Source: Strigamia acuminata (taxonomy: Eukaryota). From it: 64,000 nt of DNA. Every line of letters begins with the position of its first letter. Position 1 is the first letter of the stretch. The stretch lies in the NCBI GenBank assembly GCA_949358305.1, contig OX442314.1, forward strand, positions 15,252,001 to 15,316,000, in the 5' to 3' direction. Under the pieces are notes generated by a model that had not been told where the DNA came from, did no database searches, and worked only from the letters and a program-made list of their open reading frames with translations. Both the position numbers and the translations under genes were made by a program. Positions 49,824 to 63,445 of the stretch are shown here, piece after piece.

Positions 49824-52800
49824 GTAAGATTATTACAAAAGTAGACTGAATTTTTAAATTCTCTTAAGATTGTTTTTTTTTAAAAAAGACACAATTTTTT
49901 ATTTTATTTTTCATTCCATTCAATGGAATGATGAGCAGCAGTTTGGTTAATCATTTTGTTGTTTCATTAGGGAATTTAATTGCAAAATCCAAATAACTGA
50001 TGAGGAAATTGTCTTGTTTTCATTAAGGCTTAATTGTAATTCTGTGCTTTGCCTTTTCCCTTTTCCTGTATAAACTTATCACTTTCCATACACTTTTTTC
50101 TGGTATAAAAAGTCTTATTCTCATATAAGTTTATAGTAAGAATATATTGCTTACTTAATTTGATAATTTCATTATCGGTATGGTATGAGTAGAAACATGT
50201 TTTGATCAGATATTTCATTGAAAATGGTCAATTGGAGAATCTTCCGGCATGCGCAAGATTTGTCTTTCAAGTTCCAGTCGCTTCTGGCCTTCGACATTTG
50301 TAAAAATTTTATATTTCCTGTTTAGATGCATTTACCATGAATGGTATAAAGATAAAGTGAAGGGAAAGGAAAGTTATTTCTTAATTTGAGAAATAGTTTG
50401 ATCTACACAACTGTGAACAATTTTTATTTAAACTAGTTAGCATACCAGCAATGTAATAATAAAGCAGACATACTTTTTTGGTAATAGCCATTAAAAAAAT
50501 TTTTTTAGTCAAATTATTTAACAAGGCTTATTAATAATTTAATAAATATATCATTTAATATAAATGATAAATAAATTGCAAATTTTATACAAATTAACAA
50601 AAAAGATAAAATCAGCTTAAAAAATTGAATATGGATCAATCAATTTTTAAAAATGATTGTTATTATAATTATTTCCACTGAAAATCAATAAAAATAGTAA
50701 TAAATGCGAAAATAAATGTCTGTATAGTTTGCATGTATCGGAGTAAATCTGTACAGCAGCAATGCTAAGGGGCAGCACACTTAGATTCTATAGAAAGAAA
50801 AAGAAAGGAATTTTTACAAGCAACTTTTTTGAACACAGTTAGATCTCAGTCAAAGTTTGTGAAGTTGCGTAAAACTTTTATTGCGTAGACAATTATTGAT
50901 TCAGACCATCAGCAGGATTGAATTTGATCTGATATTGGAAGCGGATTCCTTTAATTGCTTGCTTTTATTGTGTCAAATGCACTGAAATCAAGTCTGTTAG
51001 TTGCACATGTTCCGTTCCCGCAGTGTGCTAGAAAAACATTCTTTTGACGTTTTACTCCACTTGTCTCGATATTAATAAAAGATACCTCTTTTTTAAAAAT
51101 CATTTTCAGATTTCATTTGAAATCGACAAGCATAAATTTATAAGCGGATTACTTAAAAGTAGAATTTACAATAGAATAGCATAATCCCTTATTTTAAACT
51201 TAAAAATACAAATTTGTTTTAATTCGGTGTATTTATCTACGACTGGATCAATATAAGTAATTGAATAAAATCAAAAACCATACGCATGTTTCCAATTTCA
51301 CTTGGAATTAATTTTTTACCTCCTATGGTTAGACCTCACAAATAACAGATTAAAGTTTCTTTTCACGAATGTTTTTCTTGTAATGACTAAACAAAAGATG
51401 GGATGAGAAAGTAATTGTGGAAACGTCACGCGCAAAAGTTTTAACCATCTTGCATGTTCCAGAATAAACATGTAATAATAGATGTGTCAAGTGAATATAG
51501 CATCATAACTTGATTATGAAAGGGCAAGTGAAGCGCATCTTTGGCCACAAGAGCACGTTCCATCCAAAGGGAGCGAAAGAAAGAAAGAAATAAAGTCATA
51601 GTGACTCAACAGTTAGTATGGGATTAGATCCATCTAAACATTTTTGTATGATGTTTATTTTGTCTTTCAAAAGATATTGCAACATAAGTAATTACATACA
51701 AATTCAAAAATATAGAATATAATGAACATTTCTTTTTTTTTAAATCCAATTTTTATGAAATTTCGTACAAAACAAAATCGGATATTGGATTTTTTGAGAA
51801 TAATTAGTTTTTCTTATTTTTGAAAAGAATGACGTCAGTCGTCAGTTTCTGCTCTTGAATATTGAATAGCGTGAGAGTCATTTCTCAAGTTGTTGATAGT
51901 AATTTTGAAGCAATAGTGCAATTATATAAAGATTAGTTTAAAAACCTACATTTATCTTATCAGCCAAAGATGTATTTCACTTCAACTTTGATGAATTGAA
52001 AGTTTTAAGTTTCTTACAAATTATCGAACAGCTGCTGTTGTTCTTCATTTGTCATGTGAACGGTTAATCATTTGTTTTTCCATCCTCTTCAATCGACGCT
52101 TTTACTGACAAAAATATTGATTAGATTCCCCTAAGACATTTATAAAGTGGATTGCTTCTCTGTTTTCGCGTTGAGGGACACAAACATTTCGCACAGAAGG
52201 AATAAAAAGAAAAGCAAATATGCCGTACATACATCCCACGCATTAAATTGCACAACTTTTGTGTTTCTGTTTGATTGATCCAGAATGATCTGTAAAGATT
52301 TAAAATTTTTCTTTTGAAATTCTGTTTTGAAGTTGCCTTTTTGGGTAGGATTTGTTCAGCAACTCTGAGAGATTTATGTTGTGCTTTGTCTGAGTATACT
52401 ACAACACTTTCGTAGTTCGTACCTGTAATGGACGTGAGTGGCATTTAGAGTAGGTATCACTGAGCAGGTCTATTTTTCTCCATGTTAAATTGCTTTAAGA
52501 AGAAAACGATGTGTGCGGGTAATTGACCTCACATTGCTTAATCATTATCTCTTAAGAAGTCTCACTAAATTGCCAGAAAAACTTTTCTTACCTTTTTTTT
52601 TTACTCAATCTCGATCCCTTTTAAATGTCCCTTTGGAGTTCCGAGAGTGAAGAAAGTTTCTTCTTGTCAAATGGTTAGATCTTTCTCGCTAAATGTATAA
52701 TCGTGAGATATTGGTCCCAAACCGCAAATATAAGACACGCAATATGTTCTCTTTTTTAGCAATAAATAAAAATAAAAAAAAGAATTCTTTACGATGAAAT

Positions 52801-53386
52801 ACGTCCTGACAAAGGTATATATATATTTGTTATTTTTATCAACACAAACACCAAACTATACACTCGTGTTTTCTGCTGAAATAAAATAATGGTTTTCTAA
52901 GTTAAAGGTTAAGTGATAACCATTAATTTATAGCATTGTTGCGCATTTTGATTCTTTTATTTGTTATTTTTAAAAATGTTTTGCCCTAATACTCTGGTAA
53001 AATAAGAATTTTTAATGTAATAAAACCTGCATAAACCAAATAATGGATTGAACATTAGAGCACCTCAATGATTGTTTTTGTTAGAAAACGGATATATCAA
53101 TGAAGAAACGGGTTATTAAGTTACTAATTGATCCTATTATTAGCTTTCCTGCCTTGCACATTTTATATACTATAATGCCAAGAAATATCTGTGAAAAACG
53201 GACGTGTAAACTAAGTAAATTTACTGAAACCCAACAGAAAATTTCTGTAAAAAATACTAATTCTGTCTGCTCCATTTTCTGTAAAATCTAATGACAGGCA
53301 TTGACCATCTCAAATATTGAATTTGGAGTAAAAGGAATGGTTATTTCTATAATTTGTGAAGAGAGGTAATTCCGTTTCTGAACGCA

Positions 53387-53442
53387 ATTATATGGTAAAT
53401 GATATTTACCGTTATTATATGGTAAATATGATATTTACCGTT
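53387..53442. repeat. Two tandem 27-29 bp units, each with an internal GGTAAAT/ATTTACC inverted repeat
   Basis: ATTATATGGTAAAT(AT)GATATTTACCGTT twice, within a GTAAA/TTTAC-rich stretch ending TTTACTGTGTA, typical of decayed non-autonomous DNA transposons. Confidence 0.7.
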
Positions 53443-54083
53443 CACAACGAATGGAAATTATTCAGTAAATGTACAGAAGATTTTTTTTTTCAAACTTCAA
53501 TATCAACAGTTAAATTTTTACCGTAATTCACCTGTAAATGAACTAAAACAATTTACTGTGTAGATTCCAGCTTCTCACTAACATCTTTTTGTGACAATAG
53601 CCGTTTGAAAAAAATGCAGTTTTTGGACTTAAAAATTGATTTACTCATTTTAATTTATACGGAGTAACTTATAAAATACGTTTCTTTTTAACAAAAGTCT
53701 TCATGAAAGGCATAAAATTCACTTTTAAGAAAGAAATGAACCTTTTTGCCGCCTGACAAATCTGACGTTCGAGTCAATGTTTCAGTGGCCCGGCCGGGAA
53801 TCTACGACCAACACGGCATATTTGTATGGAATGGAAACAACATAACACACTACACTGCCTTCTTCTTGACCCTATGCGAGCATAGCAGAGACCCGGGTGT
53901 GGATGCCCAAATTAATATTGTTCAACAATTCGTCTTTTCTCTTGAAAAACGTTATTAACGTGCACACTATTTTCAATTTCTAAACAATTGTTGCTAATTC
54001 CGTTGCATTTTGATCTTTTAAAATTGGTATTAGTATTGGTTAAACTATAATTGAGTCTTTTAAAAATAATTTAATTACAGAAT

Positions 54084-54527
54084 ATGCTGCTACGTCCATT
54101 CCATTTCATCGTGTGTTTGTGCGCCTTAGCATGCATAGACGCAAGAAGCTTGTCCAGGTTACAAGAATGCACCGATTGTCCGCTTGTACCTGCAGAAGAT
54201 AATAGATATTCAATTCAAGACGACTTCAACAATAGAGCATTTGTTCTGAAGGCCAGAAGGATTCCCGATTGGTCTTTTTTTGCCAACTCACCCGATGATG
54301 TTTCTTCCGAAAGAATGGTTCATGGCTTCAGTCTGAAGCACATAGATGGTACCAAGAAGAGAAATGATGGTACCAATTTGTCAATTGTTAACCCAGTGGA
54401 AGTTATACGTCAAAGAATGATGATCGATGCGGCTAGAGAACGTCAGAACCAGATCGACGCCAATGCCGAAATGCTGCGTGAAATTGGAAAACGACAACCC
54501 AAAGCATGGCGGAGTGACTGGCACTGA
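54084..54527 (+). CDS. DH44: CRF-like diuretic hormone (DH44) prepropeptide
   Basis: Signal peptide, then KKR-NDGTNLSIVNPVEVIRQRMMIDAARERQNQIDANAEMLREI-GKR: LSIVNP..V.RQR and N...L..I-amide hallmarks. Confidence 0.92.
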   Translation: MLLRPFHFIVCLCALACIDARSLSRLQECTDCPLVPAEDNRYSIQDDFNNRAFVLKARRIPDWSFFANSPDDVSSERMVHGFSLKHIDGTKKRNDGTNLSIVNPVEVIRQRMMIDAARERQNQIDANAEMLREIGKRQPKAWRSDWH

Positions 54528-54883
54528 TGAGCAGCCGCACGTTTTCGATGTTGGATTGTTAGTTTATTCCGCCGATTACACCCACGTCATCATTCACCAA
54601 TTCATTTATTTTAATTCTATCAGTGATGTAATGAGTGTTAATCAACTGAATAAATTAATATAATAATTATATTCGAATGTAAACCCAAGTTAAGAATCGT
54701 CTATTTTGATTTCACGAAACATTATTCAATTAAGTAACATAAATAAAAATAAAAAATGAATATATTCAGCAAGTCGGTAGAAAAATTTATTAAAACCCAA
54801 TAAGAATTCGAATTTTTTATTTTAATTTTGATTTTTTTAAAAAACACGATCGAATTATTAAAAGAAAAAAAAAATTATTTATT

Positions 54884-56199
<1,316 letters not shown>

Positions 56200-56270
56200 T
56201 CTATGTTATTAGTGAAATGAAAACTGAAGTGTACAATCTCGTGAGTTGTAATAGCCTAGAAGATCGCGGC

Positions 56271-56281
56271 GTGATTCAGCA
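56271..56281. promoter_or_regulatory. ARE-like (CncC/Nrf1-Maf) site in the Rpn11/CMC1 bidirectional promoter
   Basis: GTGATTCAGCA fits RTGAYnnnGCA, about 72 bp upstream of the Rpn11 ATG. Confidence 0.5.
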
Positions 56282-56461
56282 CTTACGAAAAGAAAGCAAG
56301 CGTCAATTTGTGATTCGAATAAATGAGTACAGTGGCAGCACCGTCCACAGGTCTACATACGATCCGACACCTGGCGACAAATTATAGATTTAATACCGAA
56401 GAACCGAATGTGGGAATTCGGATTTCGTTTTTATTTTATCGACTGAATCTGAATTAAAAAC

Positions 56462-57033
56462 ATGTTTGGGGTTAAACCACAACAGACTTCGAAAGGAGTT
56501 TTGCCGGAAAAATTTAGCGCAGGTCCTCATGGCCTTGGTTTGTTTATTTTTTTTTAATATTTTAAAATCAGTTAACTTCATTATGTTACATCTCTTTTTC
56601 TAGGGGATCCAGATGATAAAACTCTAAGAAAAGTGGAAATTGAAATATTAATTCCTAAAAAAATGAGAGAAAAATCTAGGGCTGAAAAATGCCCTGAATT
56701 AGTTAAAGGTGGAGTATACACGTTGTAAAACTGTATTTTTAACACAGTTTTTGGACATTATTTTAGCATTTGGCGATTGCTGCTTAGCTAACGGTGCTAG
56801 TATGATTGTGATGTGTCGCAAAGAGAATTCAGCTATGCAGGAGTGTCTTGGGGAGTGGTAATAAGCGTTTGAATCGTGTATTTGTATTTATTTAATGGTG
56901 TATTTTGGTTTAAAGGTATCGAAATGCTGAATTTAAACAATTGTGCACTGAGGAGTACTTGAAAGAAAGATCCGAGTTTCGGAGGACTGGAATTAGAAAG
57001 AAGTACAGAAAGAAGGAGTCGACTACTTTCTAA
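56462..57033 (+). CDS. CMC1: COX assembly mitochondrial protein, twin CX9C
   Basis: Not in the ORF track. Four exons give MFGVKPQQ...GPHGLG|DPDDKTLRKVEIEILIPKKMREKSRAEKCPELVK|AFGDCC...CRKENSAMQECLGEW|YRNAEFKQLCTEEYLKERSEFRRTGI. Confidence 0.93.
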
Positions 57034-57604
57034 TAAACGTCGACACAATTTGTTTTTTGAAAAAATGTTTTCTTTTTCTTTGTACTCTGTAAATATTCAT
57101 TTAATGAGAAATAAAATTTAAAATTAAACAATATTTTATTTTTGTTATGTAAGTACACCACAGATTTAAAAGCATACAAAATAGCACGAAAAAAGAATGA
57201 TGTAATATGATGACAAGACTGATATTGGTATATAGTTCTTAGGTGGATGACCACAACATGGATCCCTGTGTTAATTTTTGGGCTCAGTGTCCAGGCGTGT
57301 GTAATGCACCTACGCCGTGACCAGTGATTCAATCGTTTCGCTTGTTAATTAAATAATCTGATGGTAATTGACCCAATCTAAGATGTTTTTAAATTTCGAA
57401 GTTGGGAAATCAGCGAGAAAAACCGGTTTAAGCGGATATATTTGTCAAATTATTAATTACGTTTTCTCTCCGCACGAATACGGCCGTTGGATTATTTGCT
57501 CCTGGTGACAATGAAAAAATGCAACACAGAGATAAGAAACAGCGCATGCGCGAGACAAGTCGCGTTATCTGGTGGTAAAATAAGAAATCTGTCAATACTA
57601 ATGG

Positions 57605-57685
57605 GTTCGCTCAGCAGATGGCGCTGCAGTATCGCGGATCTTGTCTGCGGTACTGCGATACTGCAGCGCCATCTGCTGAGCGAAC
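57605..57685. repeat. Perfect 31-bp inverted repeat with 19-nt spacer upstream of PI31
   Basis: GTTCGCTCAGCAGATGGCGCTGCAGTATCGC 57605-57635 and its exact reverse complement at 57655-57685. Confidence 0.97.
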
Positions 57686-57752
57686 TCAATACTGTCGAGT
57701 ACTTAAGGAAGGTCGCGTCGTTAAAATTCATTCGAATTGAAGTCACAACAAA

Positions 57753-59033
57753 ATGGCCACCACGTCCGGGCTGGAGTTGCTGTATCACACTGTGGCCAGC
57801 AGTTTAAAGTCGAAGGAAGATGCTTTTGTAGCAGAATTGCACTGGTGCATGATTGTAAATGGATATAGATGTATTGGCATAGAAAGCGAAGTATAATTTA
57901 CTTGTAAAAATGTCATATTTTACGTTTCAGAATGACTTGCTTATTCATTTGTGTAGGTCGTGTCCAATTTAGAGAATGTGAACAGCTCCGAGCTGCTACC
58001 ACAAAGTTGGAATCAAAATGAAGATGTGTACACGCTACAATACATACCAACCGACCCAGCGAAAGCTGCGAACGTTTTATTATTAACTGCAATTCGGGTA
58101 GACCGAAACATGCTCATCAATGCATTTGTAAGGGAATTAACCCAACGAAAACTTTGCCCAAAAATAATATACTTTTATTTTCAAGAATTCTCAAAATGAG
58201 AAAACGGCTAGTATGACGGCCACAGTGGAGGAATTTGTGTCCGACCAGCTAACAAATTTCCGAACCTTGTACATAAGTTCTGAAGACTTCCTCAACAGAT
58301 TTAGAAACGAAATCCTTCAGAGTCTGCAAACTTCGTCACCTGCAAGAGCAGATCGGCTGTCAGACAGGTATTTACTTGCCACGAAATAGCAACATTAAAA
58401 CCTCGAATTAAAATGACACATTTCTATTTTAAGACCTCGAAATTCCAACTCGAGAACGAGGCTTATCGACGACGATCCTTTGCGCGTCAGCCAACCTCTG
58501 CGCTGTCCTCCAGGAACATCGTCAGGATGGTAAATGATTTGCGAGGATGGTTAATTAACTGAAATTGTAATTGTTCTATGCTTAGGGATGTAATTACTGA
58601 TCCTATGGGCATAGGTCGAGGCGATTTAGATCCGTTAGGTCGACGCGGGGGCGGAATGCTTATGGACCCTCGACACAGATACCCAGGCATTAGTCCTTAT
58701 CATCCAGCTGCAGGTATACCAGGCCAGCTGCCTAGGCAAGTAAAAGACCAAAAGCCAAAGCACTTATTACTTCGAGTTATGAGTTGTTCGTAATTTATTT
58801 TCGTTATTTGGATTGATGGGTTTTGTTTTTTGTCAGGGGGTCTGTACCACCCAGTGCTCGGTTTGATCCTTTTGGACCACCAGATCCTGATGCATTACCT
58901 GGTCCACAGCCTCCGACAGGGTAAATGAGTAAATGAGAAGATGATTATTTTGTTTTTGATACATTTTTAATATTATTTTAGTCCCAATCCTGATCATATG
59001 AAACCACCTGACTTCGACGATATGTTTACTTAA
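57753..59033 (+). CDS. PSMF1: Proteasome inhibitor/regulator PI31
   Basis: MATTSGLELLY...DAFVAELHWCMIVNGYRCIG; SELLPQSWNQNEDVYTLQY; DDDPLRV; IGRGDLDP...GGGMLMDP; VPPSARFDPFGPP; GPNPDHMKPPDFDDMFT*. Confidence 0.93.
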
Positions 59034-59547
59034 GAGACATTCCATTGGTTTGCTTGTTCGCTCTAGTTGGTTTAATTCTCTGTCGTGCCTTGAATTTTGT
59101 ACATGTCTTGTAAAATTTTCCATACTTAAAAAAGGTTTAGTGTATTTAACAATTAATACAATGCACCAACTCTGTGATTTTCTAAGCGAGTTCGTTTATA
59201 TTAATCTTTCTGCATTCATATTAATTATAATTATAATTTGTACAAAGTTTGTGCCAATAAAAGAAATATTGACTATTCCAAATGTCATTTTTTTAATATA
59301 TGATTTCTGCATTTATGTCAAGAAATTTCATTGGATTTTCTGCGAATCTTGATTGTTGGATTGTGAAACAACAAAATGAATGCAAGGCACCATTAGGCAC
59401 ATTGTTAAGGATGTAAATAAACAAACAAGCCTGTTTAAATTTGTCAGTAGCTGAACAGTTATAATTTTTTGAAAGAATTCACCTAAAATATCAATCCAAC
59501 ATCACATCACATCCAATTCATGTTTCGTTTGAAGATCTAATTAAATC

Positions 59548-60980
59548 ATGAAAATATTTCAAGTTATATCTTTGAAAGAGCTTACATACGACTCGCTTGT
59601 TAATGTAATTTGGCGATGGAAACCATTCGGACTAGATATGTTAACTTCAACAAGAAGCATGAATAAATACATCCAACGTTTACGTAAGATACCGGTATTG
59701 CTAATTTATTTTAATACAGAATCTGTATATTTAAACTCTTTGCAGCTGTAGGCTTTCTCAAGGAACTGTACGTACGATTTCTCCGTAGTGCAAGGTACGA
59801 CTATCAACACTACGTGCAAGCATGGCACGTTGCTTTGTTTCTACATTATGGGCAAACGGAACTCAAGTTATGGTTCGAGAACAAAAGCTTCGATTTACAG
59901 TTTTTACTTCACGCGTGTGGCAATAAGCTGTTAGTAAGTAATGAAATATAAACACTATTACATTTATTTATTTATTTATTTATTTTTAAGTTGCTGCAAG
60001 AGCTTGAATTGCCTATGAGAAGCAGTCTTCCAGCTACCCTATGCCGAACGATGTGCGATAAGCTACCGACTTTAACAAACTTGGATCTACATGGCGTTGG
60101 TATTGGAGACGATGCAATGCCTTTTCTTGCTACTCTGTCTCTGAAAACGCTGAACGTCGAAGGTACTGACGTGTTGGACGACGGTCTGATGCAGTTATGT
60201 AATCCAAAAGCGAAAGCAAGATGGAGTTTACTGGATTTGAGAATCGGAGAACGCTGCTCGGTCAAAACCTGTTACCGGCTATTAAGAGCGATCACACAAT
60301 TAGAATATCTAAGTTACAATAATTGTTTATTGTTGACATCGCTAACACGGGAAATGATGAACAAGAAGCTGAATCTCAGGAGATTGGAGTGTAAAGGGGC
60401 ACCTAAACGTATGGCTCAAGCTCTGAAAATTGCCTTAGTTGTATGTGGTTGCGTCAATAACATTTGCATCAACGCGAGAGAATTTACATCTGAAATTTTG
60501 GACGTGTTAACTAAATTCAACTATTTGTACACGCTAACACTTTCAAACCACTTAAAGGTAGACGAGTTTGACGATTTGTCAGTATATTTTCAAAATTTTG
60601 TGCTGTGTAGCTTACGCAATCTGTCCATTGATCACGTTGAGGTTAATTGGTTTTTGAGTGGCCACTTCTTGAATTTACTCTTAATGTGCCCTCAATTGGA
60701 GGCACTGTCTGTATCCTACAGTACTGGTTTTGATGATCAAATTGCATGCAATATGGCTCAGTTATTAATCAATAGCAAGTTACAGCACATTAAACTAAAT
60801 TGCTGCAATACAATCGGACCTAAAGCTATATGTAGTATGTTGAACATTCCCTCGTTATTTCAACTTTTTATTGCAATGGCAATACCAGCTAAAAGAGCCG
60901 CCGAGTTTAATATAGCAAGATTAAAACGTCTCGCAAATATAAAAAATGTAAATTTAAAACTGTCTATATACTGTTACTAG
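59548..60980 (+). CDS. LRR (RNI-like) protein with N-terminal BC-box/Cul2-box-like motifs, paralog 1
   Basis: Exons 59548-59683, 59746-59933 and 59991-60980 are in frame. ISLKELTYDSL; IQRL|PVGFLKEL; LxxLxL repeats (LTNLDL, LEYLSY, LRRLEC, CPQLEALSV). Confidence 0.8.
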
Positions 60981-61306
60981 CGGTTCAACATTTAATTAAA
61001 TTTACAAATTTAGTAGAAATATATGATTTTTTTTTTATATATATGAGTGACAATGAAAACAATGTATGATGCACATCAAATTCAACAAAAAAAAGCGGGT
61101 TGACTAACAATTGCTCTTAACAAAAACATTTTGGTGAGTGGAAATAGCAATTCTTGCATTTAGTTGTTAAGCTTCAAACCGATTTAGTTTTAATGGCTTT
61201 ATCCATTTTATATTCGCACGTTTAGCTTTACACAAAATTGGAAGAGAATTTAAAAGATTTAAAAATGGAAATTGATTTTAGGAAATTGTTTATGAACAAT
61301 TGCCGC

Positions 61307-62786
61307 ATGAGAAAAACAAATCTCTACGTGCAATCGTGTGAAACTCTAAGACGATATATAACATTGGACTTGAAACCAACACATGAAGATTTAGAGAACA
61401 TTGACAGCGCGATCACATACATGCACAAGTTACGTAAGTGAATTTATATTTATCTTGGACTATAACAAATTCTAAAAGTTGACGCATTTAATTTTAGCCG
61501 TGACACTACTCGACGATTTATTTGCGTATTTCAAGTCACCTAGCAGAGAATACTACACGTGCTACATTATAAAAAATTTAGAAGCATGGCATGTTGCACT
61601 GTTTACGTATGACGGCCAAAAACAGTTGCTGATGGATTTTGCAAATAACGATTTCGATTTGGATTTTTATCTCGATGTTTGTTTAAAGAAACTTTCGCAG
61701 TTGGAAGAACTAAAATTACCAGAACAGAGTCATCTATCTGCGAATCATTGCAAGAAATTGTGCGAGAACGTTCCAAACTTGCAAAAACTCAGTCTTCTTG
61801 CAGTTGACATTGCAAATTTTGCAATGCAGTTCATAGTTAATCTGTCCTTAACCGAACTGGAATTAGGTGGCATGATTGTTACTAAAGCCGTTCTTGTTAT
61901 GTCCAGAGGTTATATCGATCCTCAACTCGTCGTTCTATGCCGAGAAGACTCGACTGTCAGACATAGTTTGCTGGATTTAAAATTGGGAGATTATGTCAAC
62001 ATAGGGTGCTACATTTTAGTTTTACGTTCTATGCCGAATTTAGAGTATTTAGATTTTTCACACGGAACGTGGTTGACTAAACTGCCACCCGACTTGCTAA
62101 ACCGAAAATTTAATCTGAAAAAGCTCGTTTTTTGCAATTTAAGCGAGCAAATCGAGAAAGAGCTCGCCGTCGCACTTTCTAACTGTCCGCTTGTGAATAA
62201 TGTGGATTTGACTACTAATAAGTTTTCTACAAAGATTTTGTCCATGTTGACCACATGGAGTGATTTGACTATCTTGGACTTTAAAGTTGTTAGTTCGAAA
62301 TATTTTGATGAAAACAGTTCGACCGTTGTTTTTGTCGACGACAATAGTCTCGAAGCAAATGGTTTCCAATTTTCCAGTTTAAAAGAATTTTCAATTCGTG
62401 ATCGAAGAAATTTGTGGTTATCAAACGTAGAAAATTTATACAATTTGCTTGCAATTTGTCCCCAGCTCTCAAAGTTGACATTCACAGAGTGCAATGTACT
62501 TGACGACCAAATGGCGTTGCAGACATCGCGACTTTTGTCGAGAAAAAGTATTAAGGAAATTCAAGTTGAATATTGTAACCTTTTGAGGCCGCCAGGAATT
62601 CGCCATTTTCTCAATATCCCTTCTCTCACTGAATGTTCTGTTGACCTGCTGCTCACCAAAGCTGAACAACGACAATTCGATATTGAGTCACTGGAGGAAC
62701 AAGCCAGAGATATGGGGAAAAATCTTAAAATCAAAATTACAATTAGAACACTTTTTCATGATTTACTGTCACGTTTATTCAATTAA
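61307..62786 (+). CDS. LRR protein, paralog 2
   Basis: Exons 61307-61433 and 61498-62786 (in-frame upstream ATGs 61292 and 61265 possible). MHKL|PVTLLDDL; shares AWHVALF, SLLDL, LEYL, NLL..CPQL and LNIPSL with paralog 1. Confidence 0.82.
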
Positions 62787-63445
62787 AAATATATCTCGAT
62801 TTGTGATTTGCAACAGACAATTTTTTGCAAATTTATGCCCAGATAAATAAAATGTTGTTTTTGTAGATTTTGGTATTATATTTTATGCTAAGGTGCACAC
62901 CCAGAGCTTTCCTGAAAATCCAATATGTTTTGCAGAGAAGTTATAACTCAAAACCATGCTAGTGCGCACTCTGATCAGTGTGATTACTTTGCTATGTTAC
63001 CTTAATGTTTTTCTTTTAAAAAAAATTGTTTAAGTTTAAGTTACGATTGTATCAGCAGATGGAGTTATTAATGCGTTTCTTTGGGCTTACACGCCATAAC
63101 ATGCAAAAAGAGCAAAAAACAATAACCAAAGCACAGACAATAATATTGTTTACAAAATATTTTGTCATTTTAAAGTTTAAATTTTGTTTGGTTACTAAAG
63201 CCTATACAAATTAAAACACAAAATATTTTACTTTTTAGCAACATCATTTAAGGTATGCTATGTTGCCACTCGAGGTCGTTTCATTATTATCATTCTCATT
63301 ATTATTATTTACACTTTTAGAAAATTTAAAATTTTTAAAATTGAACATGTTATAAAATAATTTAAAATTTCTACATTGAAAGAAGACTAGATTTTCTTCA
63401 ATGTACGTTTATTTTAACAAATTTACTTTGATGAAATAAGTTAAA

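Noticed and set aside
49928..50000. C/D-box snoRNA-like ATGATGA...CTGA in the DH44 intron
   Set aside because: No convincing terminal stem or recognisable rRNA guide; atypical host gene.
57487..57807. Opposite-strand ORFs sharing SLSRWRCSIA and AILQRHLLSE
   Set aside because: Artefact of the 31-bp inverted repeat.
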